Positions 24,746 to 39,249 of a stretch of DNA of 64,000 nt are shown one piece after another. The notes beneath the pieces are model-generated. The model did no database searches and was not told the origin of the DNA. It saw nothing but the letters and a program-made list of their open reading frames with translations. The translations under genes were made by a program, and so were the position numbers. Origin of the DNA: Camelus ferus (Eukaryota); assembly GCF_009834535.1 (NCBI RefSeq), contig NC_045697.1, positions 91,204,001 through 91,268,000 of the forward strand, in the 5' to 3' direction. Numbering within the stretch: position 1 is the stretch's first letter; every line of letters begins with the position of its first letter.

Positions 24746-26599
24746 TTCTATTTGAGTGGAGTAAGAAAATGAAATTTGTGACTTGAATGTTCCATTAGTA
24801 CTGGTCTTTACCTGTCAGGCTGTTAATCTATGATGAATAATAAAAGCTCCTTTAGCCCTTGTACCTGCTAATTTGACGTGGCCCCCATGGTCTCCTTGAA
24901 CTATAAAGTTGTACGATATAACATTCCAACTGCCAACAGATTAAGCAAGGGGTTTCTATATGAGGGTTAGAGAAATCTTAGCTTTCTCCAGAGGCCTGCA
25001 TGAGACACATTGTCTCTTTCACGTCTCTGAACAGCAATCCAGATTAGCCTTAGTGCCTCCTCCAACGCTGGGGATACTAACAACCTTCCAAGAGGAGCAA
25101 AGGGGGCCTATGGTAGAGTAGCGTGATGACATGGATAACTTTGACACATTAGTGCTTTGACTTAGTATATATGTTCTTTCCCCAAAGCATATGCCTAACG
25201 TAAATTATAACTAATACAGATTTAGACTAATGTCCTGAACAGTGAACAACTACCTAAAAATGAAACATTTATGAAGTTGAATTCAGTTGTAGCTTTGTGT
25301 TACTTTTATTAGAGATCATTATTTGTTGGTTAAGTTAGCACTATGCCTTTATAAAGATGGTTGTATGAAAATATTGAATCATGCAGCCTCCTTCAGTAAC
25401 TTTTTGACTATAAAATTCTCATACTCTTGTTAAATGTAATCAGATTACATATTACCAATAGATGTTGATAGCTATCATAAAATAAGGAGTTCATACCAAC
25501 AGATGATTATAACTGACAGTAGGAATGTAACTGCAAACTTTAAAAATATGTTAATGTTTGTCCCTGTATAGAAATATTAGCCTAAGTTCTTTCTATGACA
25601 TATATGTATGTGTTTATAATCTATTTTTGTAACAGAGTAAAAAAAAAATCAGCTCCAAAAATATCACTCTCCCCTTTGACATTTATCAGTGATAGCAATA
25701 ATGTCAGGGAACATTAGTATACTGAAGAAGTACAGAGATACTGCCTAAAGCATATCTTTGGGTTTTATTTTAAGAGAATTTGATATATATCCTAAACTAT
25801 AGCCTAATTTTAATGATATTTTAGATCAAAGTTATACATACTGAATGATGACTATGTTGAGCTCTTGAATCTGGTCCTATTCATCTTTGTAGGCTTAAGA
25901 ACCTACATAAAGCCCAGTAAATAAAACGGCCTTAAAAAATAATTTGGATGGACGGACAGACAGATGGATGGATGGTTAGATTAATGGGTGGGTGGATGGA
26001 AGAATGAGTAGAAAAATAAGTAGATGAGTCTCCTCTTCTCCCGAAAAATAAAATAAGAAAAAAAAAAGTTTCTTTGTTGATAATAATTTAATCAATTTCA
26101 GAAAGGTCATATTTTCTTTTAATATAAGTAAGACAAATGCAAATTAATATAAATTAAATTGTGATAACAATTATCATCACAGTACCAAATCAGAAGGCTT
26201 ATCTGAAGGCATCTTTGCTTTTAAGTCTTCCTCTTCTATTACTTCTGGAGGCTCAATGGTGATGGGTAATTTTCTTCATGCCCTCAAAGGTCGACCTTGA
26301 GAACCCTTCCATGGTATCCTCACAACAAGATAGGGCTTCATCATCTAGGGAGGGCATATGATTTGCAGTCCTTCAGTTACTCTAATATAGTCACAGGGTG
26401 CAGACAAAAGTTTCTGTCTTCTTTATGCAATCCCATTTATAGGGAGAAGCAAGGAAATTCAGATTGAAATATGGTTTTCCTGGTGAGATTTAATGAGATT
26501 TATTATTGTCTTAATGAGATGTTGGTTCCCATAACTCCTAGACCTATTGGGTTTTAATTATCAATTATTTGTTTCATCCTTGAAAATAAGAACCTACCA

Positions 26600-27640
26600 A
26601 TGAACAGTATCACAATCCCTCCTCTGGAAATTCTGTATTGACCTTGACTTCTCTCTAGTCGCTGCCCTCATTCTACAGTATTTGACCCCAGTCTCCACTG
26701 CGTCCTTCTTGAGCTTGACTCCTCCCTTAGTTTCCATGACCTCACTCTCTTCTTGTTCTCCACCTATTTCTCAAACCATTACTTCTCAGAGTCTACTGCT
26801 GCATTATGTCCATCATTCACCCATACATGTTGACTTTCCTTAGGGTTTGTCCTCAGTCCTCCTTGTCAGTGCTCTCACCCACTTCCATGGTTTTAGTTCT
26901 CAGCCTCTACACTGGTAGTTCCCAACTTTGTTTATCTAGTCTTTATCTCTCTTCAGCTTTAGACCTGTAGATTCAAGTGACTACCAGATCCATGTCAGGA
27001 TATACATTCACCTTAAATTCCTGCTATCCATCCTGTATCTTGGTTGGTGGACACCCTCTGTCTGTCCCCCAAGTCTAGAATCTGAAAGTCATTCTTCCAG
27101 ACCTTAACAAACAGTAAACCAAGACATTAAACATTTCAGTGCTTATCTTATGGCAATCATTATGCTAGATTTGAGGGATACAGAGATGAAAAGGACAGTC
27201 CCTAGCATGAAGGAACTTGCATTGTAAGGGGAGAGGAAGACAAGTAAACAAACAAAAGGCAAACAGAGGCAAAGCAAGTGTGACATTTAAGAATTAAAAC
27301 ACTGTGAATGTAAGGAGGGAGAGAGTGGTACCGAGTGAAGACTTCAAGAAAAGGCAGCAGCAAGCTGGACCTTGAAAAATGAGTAGAAATGTCCTCAGTA
27401 AAAAGGCTGGTATTCCAGAAATGGGGGACGTATGAGCAAAGGCACAGGGTGTAACTGCACAGGTTGTTTCATTCATTTAGTCACCTAGTTGGAGCTCAGA
27501 AATTGTTCTAAGCTCAGAGGAAAGGGAGTAAGATGATGTACTAACAGCATCATATGAGGGCGGGAGGGGCAGTGAGGCATGCGGTAGAAGAAACCAGAAA
27601 AGTAAGTTGGGGCCAACCCATGACAGATGTTCTTTCATTT
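26600..27640. mobile_element. Two L2 fragments in opposite orientation (+ to ~27110, then -)
   Basis: Pyrimidine-rich L2 ORF-like sequence followed by an antisense L2 tail (ATTTGAGGGATACAGAGATGAAAAGGACAGTCCCT). Confidence 0.6.
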
Positions 27641-27899
27641 ATTTGAATGAAATGTACTTCGTACTTCCTGTGAGGAGGGTAGGCTGCTGAATTTTAGGGC
27701 TGGTGTTCACTTATGTAGTTACAAAATAATACAAGTTGACATTAAGTTCAAAAAGTACTATCACATGACTTCCTGCCCTATACCAGAGAAATTCATAGCA
27801 GTAAAATAAGTATTTAGTGAGCCAATATGTGGTAGATTCTTTTCCAAGCCTCATTGCTTCCCTGGTCAGTTCTAGGGGAAAATGCCCCCCCCCCCACCA

Positions 27900-28028
27900 A
27901 AAAAAGAAGAGAGAGGAAGAGGATAATGGGAAAAGAGAGCTGGAGGGGGAAGAGGAGGAGGCGGTAGAGCGAGAGGAGGAGGCGGTGGAGCAGGAGGAGG
28001 AGGAGAAGAAGAAGAAGGATAAAGAAGA
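27900..28028. repeat. (GAG)n/(GAA)n purine-rich tract
   Basis: Seen directly. Confidence 0.85.
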
Positions 28029-30729
28029 CCAGCAACTCTACTGTTCCTGTAGAATGTCCTCATACTGAGACAGTCTTAGCAGGAGAAGGGTACAGATTGA
28101 TCACACCGGTTTTCATGAGCCTTACATTCCTGCAGACCTCACCAGACACATAAAATCTGAGCTCTCCAATCGGAGGTGGATATTTTCGCTCTGCTAGCCT
28201 TAAAGGGACATGGAACATGATCCTCCTTCCCCGAGACAGGATGTACCTGAGACTGGCTAGAGAATGTCTCATTATGGAATCCATCTCTTCTTCATTCCTT
28301 GGAGTAGGAAAGCAAGATAATTTTCTGTTAAAAAAAAAAAAAAAAAACCCAGCACCAACAACAGCTTATAAAGAAACCATATGGAAATTTGAAGATGTTT
28401 TTAAACCTAGATTATGCATACCATTGAATCAGAGTCTGTGTTTTATAAAGATAATGTACATTTTCTGAAAGGATCAAGGTTCAAGAAAGGGAATAGGCGA
28501 ATGCAGATGGCAGTTGGCTGTCACAATGGACATGAACACCAAGGTGATAGAGGGAGAGCTCTGTATTGGGTTAAGATCGTCTGAAGAGGACATCTAAAGG
28601 AGAAAATAAATCAGAGGTTGAGCTCCCATGGGGTGCTTCCCAAGAGGATAAGAATAACGTTTGTATGAAGTGGTTGTTGGTGAGCAAAGAAATGTCATTT
28701 CCCCTTTTTGTGACAAGTGGTCGTGTGACACACAGGAGAGCACACCTTCTACTTATAGTACTGTGATTCGTTTATCAGAAGAAACTGTTAATGTGTTTGA
28801 ATTGAAAAAGAAATTGCACTTATAGGCTGTATAAATGAAGAAACTTACACCTCAAAGGGTTCATGGGGATTTATAAGTAAGGCTTGAGAATCCAGAAGGA
28901 AATAGTGACATTAACGTGGTATATTGAAAAGAGATGAAATCCAAGGGAATTTGCCAGATCCAAGAGGAACTCCTCTGTGTTCCATCCAAGCTGAACATTC
29001 CATTTTTACAAGGCCTCCTTTGTTGTCATGTTTATACACAGACTAATAAATGCTTGACCTTTTTTAGTGATGAAGGAACAGTCTGTGCCTTGGGAGCATA
29101 TTATTTCAAGAAGCACAAATCAAGAGAAAGTCCAAACCCCTCTGGGACAGATGGACTAAATATTTTGATATTAGAACCACATGGGGAAGGGAAGGGATTG
29201 GGAAACAGAATTGGAGACCTGATAAGGGGACTTGGAAGCAGCATTAGTCTTCTCACATGTTTCCAGGGACTCCAGGTATGTGCAGACCTGGACACCAACC
29301 TCATGTGAGGAGGGGATCAAAGTGAGCTAGACCTTATTCTTGATGTGTAGTAAAAATGGACGATCAATGAGAAAAATACTTGTGGTCTGGCAAAAATGTT
29401 GATTTCTCAACTTTTGGGTTCTGTGTAAAAATCACTAGTATTCATCAAGTATTTACTGCCTTGCTAGAACTAAGTGCTTTATGTGAATTAACATAAACAC
29501 TGACCTTATGATACAGGCACTATTATTCCCACCTCCACCTTTTTTTCTTACGTAGACTTACTAAGAGGGTAAGTAAAGTACCCTCTGAGAGTCAAAAGTG
29601 TTAGAGTGACTTTCAACCTGTTTAGACTGAAGCCCAGATTTCCTCACCCTTATCCTGTCTCCCTGTGACTTCAGCAATCACTAGATTCTCATTTCCCTCC
29701 CTCCTCCAATGCTGCTTTATTTCCTACTCCCTATCCTAAACAAGGACTGCTACTAAATTAACAGTGAACTTCAGAGCATCCGTGATACCTGAGTAGTTGC
29801 CCTTAAAGTACCCCACGAATTTGTATGTCTTTGAAACAATAAATCCGTGGCAATTATTACAGTGGTGTGCTGCGTGCTTAGAACGTGGTATTTCATTCTT
29901 GCTTACTCAGTGTTGTTTCTAACATCGTACTGTTAAGAATCATTTTGAGAGTAAAGAATACTGATCAGTGGTGATGGTGACAGAAAGTTTATTTTAAAAA
30001 TTAAAAATAACTTAACTTTTGATTCAGAAGGTCTTTATTTTAGAGGGTCAGAGACCAGTGATGAAATGTGGGACTCCAGTCACAAAGCTGAAACCACAGG
30101 TATCTGAAATGCAGCAGAAAGAAGCAACGGAGATGTTAAAGCCCTAAATAACATGAAGCGATTGGTCTCGCTGTTGGGCATAATGAACTCCCACCTGCAC
30201 TCAGTGCCACACGATGCAGAGTATACTGCACCGCTGAGACTGTTCGTAAAGAGCAATGTCGAGTGGGACTGGTAACCATTCTGCTCAAGGACAGCAATGT
30301 GTTCAGGGGGTGTCCCCCACACCCTTGAGTCAGGACCCATCTTCCCTCCTCACCAATTCCCCCTCCCAGGAATCTGGGTGCTCAAGCCTTGACCCTACTT
30401 CCTCCATCCTCCCCTGACTCAATTCCTATTTTCAGAAGCAATCAGATAAACTCATTCATTTGGAGAAATTTACCATGTGACTCTTACAAGGGGATTTGGT
30501 TTTAACAGAACAAGAGGTGCAACAAGGTCTCAAATTTAACTCACTCTACTCAGGAGTGTGAAAAACAAAGGTGGCTTTTTGTCATCCAGGAATGATCTAA
30601 TCTTACTTTTCCAGCCTCCCCCACCCTGGGTGATGTGGGGGAATACAAATCTTAAAATTGCCATTTAAAGCCATTTTAGTCTTTTCCCAGTTTCAGATTC
30701 CAGTATTCAGTCACTTACAATTTGCTGCC

Positions 30730-31171
30730 TGAATTAGTTTTCTATTGCTGCTGAAGAAATTAACCCAAATTTAGTGGCTTAAAACAACACAAGTTTATTA
30801 TCTTGAAGTCCAGAAGACCGAAATGGGTCTCATTAGGCTAAAATCAAGGTCTCTGCTGGGCTGTGTTCCTTTCTGGAGGCTCCAGGGGAGAATCCATTTC
30901 CTTGCACTTTCCCTGTTCTTTGGAGTAGGGCCCTTTTCTTCCACCTTTAAAGCCAGCAACAGAGGGCGGAGTTCTTCCATCTCTTCCCTCTGCCCTGACT
31001 CCCCTGCCTTTTTCTTCCACCCAGATAATCCAGACCATCTCCCTACTTTAAGGTTAACTGATTAGCAACCTTCTTTCCATTTGCATTCCCTTTGCCGTGG
31101 AAAGTAAATTTTCCCAGGTTCCTAGGATTAGAACATGGACATCTTTCCGGGCCCACTATTCTGTCTACCAC
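30730..31171 (-). mobile_element. MaLR LTR (MLT1D-like)
   Basis: TTAGTGGCTTAAAACAACACAAGTTTATTATCTT...CTGGAGGCTCCAGGGGAGAATCC...CTATTCTGTCTACCACA. Confidence 0.8.
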
Positions 31172-31384
31172 ACCTTTCCAACTTCTTTCTCTCTCTGTCT
31201 CTCTCTCTCTCTGTTCCTTTCTAAAATGGCACACACACACATGGGGATAGGGGATAGAGGGCCTCAGACCCAAAGGTTCTCTGGATCCTCTATTGCTTGT
31301 ATTACAAAGTTCTGGACCAGGCTTGTTTCTGGCTGAGCTAGACCCTACTGATGGAATCTGTGACTTGTGAGTTTGTGTTTGTCA

Positions 31385-31863
31385 CAATTATCTCACGATG
31401 TGTGACAACCACCTCAAAACTTAGTGACTTAAACCAACAACGTTTTAATCATTAAAACATAGTTATGTCTTATGATTTGTGGATTGACTGGGCTCAGCTG
31501 GGCAATTTCACATGTGGCTGAGGTCACTCACGTAGCTGTATTCAGCTGAGAGCTTGGTTGGGACTGGAACATCCAAGATGGCCCTTTATATCTTCCAGAG
31601 TCTTTTCCCTCCTGTCCTCTCATCATTCAGGAGTGTAGCCTGGGTTTCTTTACAGCATGGCACTAGTTTCCAAGAGGACAAAAGCAAAAGCTGCCAGGCT
31701 AGGGCTTCTTACTGACAGAGCCCCACTACAGCTACAGTCAGTTGTTGGTCACGGTAGTTCAGGGTCAGCCAGATTCAAGGGAAAGGAAGACAGACTCCAT
31801 GTCTCTGTAGATACAGATAAGAAAGGAAATGATAGCAGCTAAATTTGCAGGCCACCTGCCACA
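31385..31863 (-). mobile_element. MaLR LTR (MLT1H-like)
   Basis: AAAACTTAGTGACTTAAACCAACAA...GACTGGGCTCAGCTGGGC...CAGCCAGATTCAAGGG...CTGCCACA. Confidence 0.7.
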
Positions 31864-33689
31864 TAATCAGTTCTCTTCGCCTGATCGGGGCCTGCGGCAC
31901 TGGCTCTGTGAATCCTGAGTCAGTCAGCACTTTCATCATTCTAGGGGGCTCTAAACTTATGACCAGTCTGAGTGGTGTGCCTTGTAGCCCTTTGTCCCAG
32001 GGTCACTGAGCTACTACCATGGTCACCTCCCGGTAAATGCTCCAGTTGCTCCATTTTCTACACTCTGTAGCCCCAGGGCTGGTGGGAACTCCTGGGCACT
32101 TCTGGTGCTACAGGCTGCTGACTGGAATCGAAGCTGGAGGGTACTACTTAGCCCTTTCCAACAAACTGCGCCGCTGTCATTGCTCTACTGAGGCTTCTCG
32201 GCCACAGGGGAGCACCCTGCCTGGTGGTATCTGACAGCTGGAGTTGGAAATACAGCTTGCCCGCTGATGAGTTCTACAATTAATCTGTTTTCTGCCCTGA
32301 GGAGTGGGGTACAATCTCTCTCTACTTTTGGAATTCTCTTCAAATCTATCTCATTGCTCCTTCCTCTAGGATTTTATCCCAGTAGGTCAAATCAGAGCAC
32401 AGATCACTGACTGCTTTACTCTATCATCTCTGAGACAAAAGGATTTTCCATTTGCCTTACTATTGGGTAGTGGCTTTTCTAAGTTCATAACTTTTTTTAC
32501 AAAATATAGCATTTGTCTGGTCCTCAACTTAAACTGCTGGGAATGATAATGGGTGAAAAGGGAGATTACAAACAAAATGGATGAATAGTTTCAAAACCCA
32601 CCATCCCCATTAAGAAATTAATCTCTAATTAGGCCATTTAAAGCAGCAGACGTTCAGGTGGGGAGACTGAAGGTTCTGCCCTGGAGTTTCCCTGCACTGT
32701 GACTGCAGCAGTCATTTCTCTTTGGAAAGTGGCTATTGCTAGTTAAGAGCTTCCAGGAAGCCAGGACATAGAGGGAAGTTCAGAGCACCCCTTCATGCCT
32801 TACCACCATGTTCCCCCCACCAAACACACACATGCCCACATGCACACTCTGAGAGTCTGCATCACCTGGGCCTTCCAGAGACCAGTCACCCATCCTACTC
32901 AGTCCATGGGGCTTTCCTTCCCTTCAGACAGTGAGGGCCCCAGCTGCTGTTGATGCTGCTCAATAAACTGGCATCAAGCACAAGTTGTCATGAGTTGGAA
33001 GTGGAGATACAAATTGTAATCTGCACAGGCAATGCATTTCCCTTCTGCCTTTGTTGGAATGGCTTGGAAAATGCATGACTTTAGACTCATGGTATATAGC
33101 TGGGAAATTCACCTATAGTTGTACCCATTGCCCTGTGTATATATGTTTTGTGTATTTCTCATGAGAATTCTGCCTAATTTTATCATTAAACAAAATTATA
33201 TACTGATGTGGAATATCATTGCCATAGTACTTTCAGCATTCCAGGGGGCTCTAAATTTGTGACATTCAACATTGAAAAAAGAAAGAATAAGACAACTCCA
33301 TAGAGCTTAGCCATGGAAAAAGTGTTAATGCTATAAAGTTCCTGGAATGTTAGAACCAACCCCACATGCCTTACACAAAAGCTACCCAGCCTTACTTCCA
33401 AATTAGGTTGGTTTTGATTTAGAAGACTCAGGAAATGCGCTTTGTGACTCTCAGTTCTCCTAAGGCCTAGAGATGTGTTGGGGATACTCAGATTTAGGAT
33501 GTGTGCAGTCCTTCATAACCAGGTGGGTAAGAGGACCAGAAACTAGTAATAATTGGATCCAAGCTGAACATAAGATGGAGAACCTAGGAGTTAAGAGTCG
33601 GAACTTAACGTGAGGGTCCAGAGTATTTCATCCATCAGTCGAGACCTGCTTTGAATTATACTTTGCTAAGAATAGGAACAAGGTACCCT

Positions 33690-33860
33690 GGCAAAAGCAC
33701 TGGACCAGGAGTCAAGACAGCTGGGTTCCAAGCCACCATCTATGCTAATGAGCTTGGGTGACTCAATCTCTCTGAGCCTCATTTTCTTTGTCTATAAAAT
33801 GAAGAAGGTTGGACTGCAAGTACTTCATGGTGTAAGGGTCTCCCCTGACAATATTCCTAT
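33690..33860 (+). mobile_element. MIR SINE
   Basis: AAGCACTGGACCAGGAGTCAAGACAGCTGGGTTC...CTCTGAGCCTCATTTTC. Confidence 0.75.
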
Positions 33861-34294
33861 GATAACTATGCACCAGTGAGAAGAAATAGAAGACAAAAAG
33901 TTACGCTAAATCCTGTTCCTGCTAGTTTCTCAGGTTGCTGTTGCAATCTCTAATATGCCAAATTAGAAATTGTCAGAGTCCATTAGGATCCAAATATCTG
34001 CTTTCTTGCTGAAAGAAGACTGGAGAATAGGACTGCAACTGAAATCAGGCCTTCTGCTCCTTTGCCTCAAGTCTAAACCTTGAGTCTCGTGGAAGGAGCA
34101 TAGTGGATCTGCAGAACTCTCACCCAGGTGTTGAATGGAGGGTGAATGGCTTCCTTCTCACTCTGTGGTCCTCCAGATCATGTGGGGTACTGTGTGGAGG
34201 CTGGAGCAGAGGGCCAGTTTGTCTCGCAGGCAGGCAGCTCTAAAAAGAAAGCCCACCAAGAGAAACTGATTAACTCCCAGAGGTGGTCCAAGCT

Positions 34295-34617
34295 ACCAGT
34301 TTAAATATCATCTTCCTCTAAGGACAAAAGAAAGATTGGGGTGGGGGTCAGTTATGGGAGGTTACCAGGAAAGGCACAGTAAACAAAGGTAAGCTTGCTA
34401 TGCAGATTTAACTCAGCACCTTCTCCATTGACAAGAGTGTCTTCTGATTTAGAGTTGTCCTCCTCTTTCTGGTACAGAGAGGGTGATGCTTATCAATAGA
34501 GACTTCTTTTATAAATATAAATATCCCTTATAAAAGGGTAACTTCTACTGTGTTTCAGAGCTTCTCCTGTGTCTGCAGTCTCTCAAAAATAATCAGCTCA
34601 AAATAATCCTTATGCTA
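34295..34617 (-). mobile_element. ERV1 LTR fragment (MER34/MER39-like)
   Basis: TGCTATGCAGATTTAA...CTCAAAAATAATCAGCTCAAAATAATCCTTATGC. Confidence 0.65.
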
Positions 34618-36269
34618 GAACTAGAACTAGAACTTAATTCTTCCACCAAAGTCTGTGCTTTCTAAAAACACTCCACATTGCAGTTGGAAACACTTCTATC
34701 CAAGGCAAAAACAAGTAGAGCTGGTTTGGGAGACTATTAGACCAGTAAGATAATTGACTGAAAAGTTTGAGAACATAATAAAAGCACTAAGAGAATATTA
34801 TGTTCATAAAGCTTATAGCTCAGGAAAATGACCCTTGGATTGGAGACCAAGGTGATGGGTGCCTTTAGCCTGGGGTGTGGGAATTTGGCCCCTAAATTAG
34901 ACCTGTTGGATGATGTAACAGAAGGTGGGACACAGGACTGAAGAACCACTGATTGTTTCCTATGCGCTATGTTGGTGCTCAGTGAATGTTTTCAGTCATG
35001 AAAACTGTGATGACAATAATTATGCCATTATACCATATTCAGGGAACACAGGTAAAGATGGAGGAGGTCTGGTAGTCTAAGATGTAGTCTTGCTAAAGAG
35101 AGACTCTTTATGGAGGCTGATCTAAAGCCTGAAATTGTGAAGAAAGACCAAGGGCCACTCTAGTGCCTGCTGAGTGGAGAGGCAAAGTGGTTAATGACAG
35201 TATCTAGTGAACTAAAAATAGCGGAGACCACAGAATGCTGACAGGCATTGAAAAAAAAAAAAAAAAAAAAAGAAGAGAGAGAGAGAAACCTTGAAAAAAC
35301 CACATCACCATCTATCTCCTAATTTGAACAAAGTACTAGCCTACTCTCCATTTGGTGGACAATACTTCTGTCTCTGGAAATAATCATCATGTTACAGTCT
35401 TAGAATTCTTTAGAGCGCCAAATGACTATGTCTAAATTAATACCTCACCAATCTATATTGTCAGAAAGTGGACTGTCACAAAGAAGTGAGTTTTTCATTG
35501 AACTGAAGTTTAGACCCTTTAAGCACCAAACTTTTAGAAAATTGAGCTATTTTGATGGAAATTGTAATAAAATGGATTCCATTCTTCTTGGCCTATTGAA
35601 CAGAGTATATTGAACATCGTTTAACATTTTCTTAATGGCTCTGACACCTTGCTGTGAACATCAGCTATGCTACTGGGCAGTGGTACAAGATGTCCTCAGG
35701 GGTTGGTGAAATATACAGGGCACCACCGCAGTCTTTCCTGGGACAAGATGTGATACTTGTGTTTCCTGCCTGTAACCACTATGGTGGCTTCCACTCTTAA
35801 CCCCAGGTCCCACATATGTGCTGGTTTCTAGTCTTTCTGCTTTAACCAATAATGCTTCTAATACATCATCTATAACCTTTGTGTGAACTGGTAACTATCA
35901 TAGAAGTCAAATGACCGATCTTTTTGAAACTGCCACCATATTTTTATAGAATTCTCTATCAGCAGGTCATGATATAAAGGTTTGGAAATGACCTTGGCTT
36001 CTGCCATAAATAAATTACATAGACTCTGTGGCAGGGAATTTCCTTGATATTTGGACATCTTTTACGTTGGTGCTTACCTAAATTCACAGCTGTATTCTGG
36101 ATGCTTTTGATTTTTTGGAATCTTATTGCCTGATAGAAAATTACTGGTATTTGCATGTTTTATTTTTCTTTGTTTTCTCAGATGACATCATTCAGCACTC
36201 TGGTTTCATACTAGTGGTTCAGAATTGAGTTAGTCCAGAGAACAGGTAGAAAAGGAAAATATCTTGCTG

Positions 36270-36660
36270 TACCAGGTGGTTTTTGTGGTGTAACAAACCA
36301 TCCCAAAGTGCAGTGGCTTACAACAACAAACATTTCTTATCACTCCTTATTCTCTAACTCACTGGACAATTTTCCTATTCTGGGGCAGGTTCAACTGGGG
36401 CTGGAACAGCTGGGGCCTTTCTCCATGTCATCTCTCATCCTTGTTCACATGGTGGACAAGAGAAAGTGATCCCCATTATGCAAACGTCTACTTTTGTCAT
36501 GTTTACTAATGAGTCTGAGGCCAAAGCCTGGCCAAATCCAGATTCTGGGGAGAAATAGACTCTATATCTTGATGGGAGAGGCTACAAAAGTCACATAGCA
36601 AAGCAGCATGCATACAAGGATGGAAGGATTTTGTACTCATTTTGCAATCTACCACATTCA
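36270..36660 (-). mobile_element. MaLR LTR (MLT1H/J-like)
   Basis: TGTAACAAACCATCCCAAAGTGCAGTGGCTTACAACAAC...TTTTGCAATCTACCACA. Confidence 0.65.
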
Positions 36661-36699
36661 TAGTACGGATGCCATGGCTTAGCATGTACACCTCATGGA

Positions 36700-37250
36700 A
36701 ACTTCTGCTCTGCTACCCCGTGATATACTAAACTCATGCTCTTCTTCCCACCACCATCAGATCTCTTGAAGAGTAACTTTTCTTATCCCCTCAACTTCCT
36801 TCTCCAGGAATTCATTTATTTCTTGAGAGCTGGTTTCTGCAGCAAGTAAGTAGGTTAACTAGCTACTTCCTAATCATCAATGATATCTTCTTGGACCCTG
36901 TCTTCGTTGAATGTTCTATAGCTTTTAACACAGTTAACCTCCTTGTTTGGAATTCACTTCTTATAGCTTCTATTACAAGTAAGTATTCATTTTCTTCTTA
37001 ACTCATTGGCTGCTTTTCCTGTTGTCTTTCCAGAACTCCATTCATCCTTCCATGATTAAATGTGGGGTTCATGTTCTTATCTATCTTCTCTTTTTTATGT
37101 CCTCTGAATAAACTCGCTGACTTTCATAACTTCGTTACAAACCTCTTGATTTCACCAGTTTATATCACCGGTTTCTAAATTTTCTCAAATTTGACTTCAT
37201 TCTTCAAACAGCCCACTGAATAGTTCCACCCATATGTTTGACCTATAGTT
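36700..37250 (+). mobile_element. L2 fragment
   Basis: Pyrimidine-rich; CTATAGCTTTTAACACAGTTAAC resembles the L2 RT SAAFDTVDH motif. Confidence 0.5.
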
Positions 37251-39249
37251 CCTCTGAAATCTATTTTGGCTGCAAACTAAGAAAATAGTGCTGGAAACTG
37301 TGTAATGCCCTTATAGCCTGTAAGTCATTTGATTCTAGATTTTCCTTCTGATAAAAGGGATGAGGAATGATGGAGGGAGGCCGCATGGAACTAACTACAT
37401 TTGCTGAATGCCTACTGTGTGCAAGGCCCTGTGGTCTCTCTTAATTGACCAAGGTAAACGTCTTCTAGGACTGCTTTCAAATAATAGAAAAAGGGGCCGA
37501 TCAGACATAGATGTGGACTGCACAGGTAGCATTGCAGACAGCCACTGAATGAAGGTTGCTGTAACACCAAAGGAAATGAGGCTGTAGAGAGCTGTTTGTT
37601 GTAATAAATAAGAGGTATCTGATAGCCTCAAACAGCTTTCAAAGTGTTTTTGCTAAAGATATCTTAGGGTTTGCAAAAAAGAAACAGTCTCCTGTTAAGA
37701 AAGATCTGGTTTCTGGGGAAATGGATTATAAAATAAAACTGCAGCTCTCCGGTATTCCCCCTGATAAAAGAGCTTAGAAACTTCTAGGGCACAAACTAAG
37801 CTCCTGGTAACATTTCTTCTGTTCTGAATATTCACTTACTGAAAGTGAAATTTCTGATGGTCGTAAGATGGACATACTTCCAGTTATCGCCTGTGCTGGA
37901 TTCCATGATGGAACTCTTATTGATATGCCAGATGCAGAACTATATTTGTTTGTAGCCACACCTACTTCATACTGTGGCATCACTTTTCTGAGAGAGCACT
38001 GATAAGTATAATTAATCAAGTCATTAGGCTTAATGTGCAACAGATTCTGAAGACAATATGAGAGGACACTGATGGCCCAAGAATAGGTTCTGGACCTACG
38101 TTTTTCAGATTAATTTTTAAAGTGTAGTTGTGTCTTTCCTTAAAAATATAAAATAAAACTACCTTTGCTATATTTTATTTTCATATCAGTAATGCACATA
38201 GAAGTTTCCCAATGCCAAAATAGAACATGTTGTGATAGAATGCAGGCTGGTAGAATGAATGAAACACCATTCTCCAAGAAGAAGCAACCTACTAGGTTGC
38301 CATATGGCTTGAATTATATTAGTGCATCTCTCTTTTTTTGTGTTTGTTTGTTTAATTGGATCAGATAAAAATTTGTGAGTGGTACTGACTCTTTTTTCCT
38401 CCTTCTTGGTTTGTTTATATTGCTGTAAATATTCTTGCAGAGCAATTGTGACTCTTCTCATTGATCATATTCTCTGATGGCCCATTCTAGGAAACTGCTG
38501 TTCAAGTATCATGTATTGGGTATGAGTTATCCTGTATTGTTTGTGTCTGTTACTGCAGTGTCTTTCTTATTGTCAACGGCTGTAAGTACCATGGTTAGTG
38601 AATTTGGCTAACAGTGTTTGAAGCAGATGAGATTTTAGCTCCCTCCTTGATAGCTGTGTTGGCTCAGTCTAAGCTAAAGTCTTATTTTCATTAAAGGAGC
38701 AGACATGCTGAGGAAGAAGGTGCTATTTTTATATAGGGACTTTTTCTACTGAAACCACATGATAACACTATGCTGTTAAAATGATCTCAAGCATGCTGAG
38801 TTAGCTGAAGAAACAATATGCATGTTGCCAAAATCAAGGCAGTACTATTCTGAGCCTCCTCTAAGGTCCTCTAGCTCTCCTTGGTGGTCGTGAAGAGGAG
38901 ACTAGGAGAGGAGCTGGTGGGAATATACAAATTACAGGTCAAGTGGAGGTCACTTACAGTTACCTACAAGAGATTATTCAAATTCTTATTTATTGCCACC
39001 ATTCATTGAGCTACAAAAAGCATTGTTGCCCAAATACTTCCATATCACTATTTGTACTGCATTTATCCTAAATGTATATATATTTGATTTGTAGATATAT
39101 ACATATCTAATATATATTTCTATATATGTTTTTAAGTAAAACTAGCACAAAATAGTACTAAGACTAACTTCAAAACATTAGAAACAAAAGGAGTTTAGGC
39201 AGAGGCCCTCCAAACCCAGTTTTTTAAAAAATCCTTTATTATTATTATA

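Noticed and set aside
27814..28068. Glu-, Leu- and Pro-rich ORFs
   Set aside because: They are translations of the (GAG/GAA)n tract in different frames.
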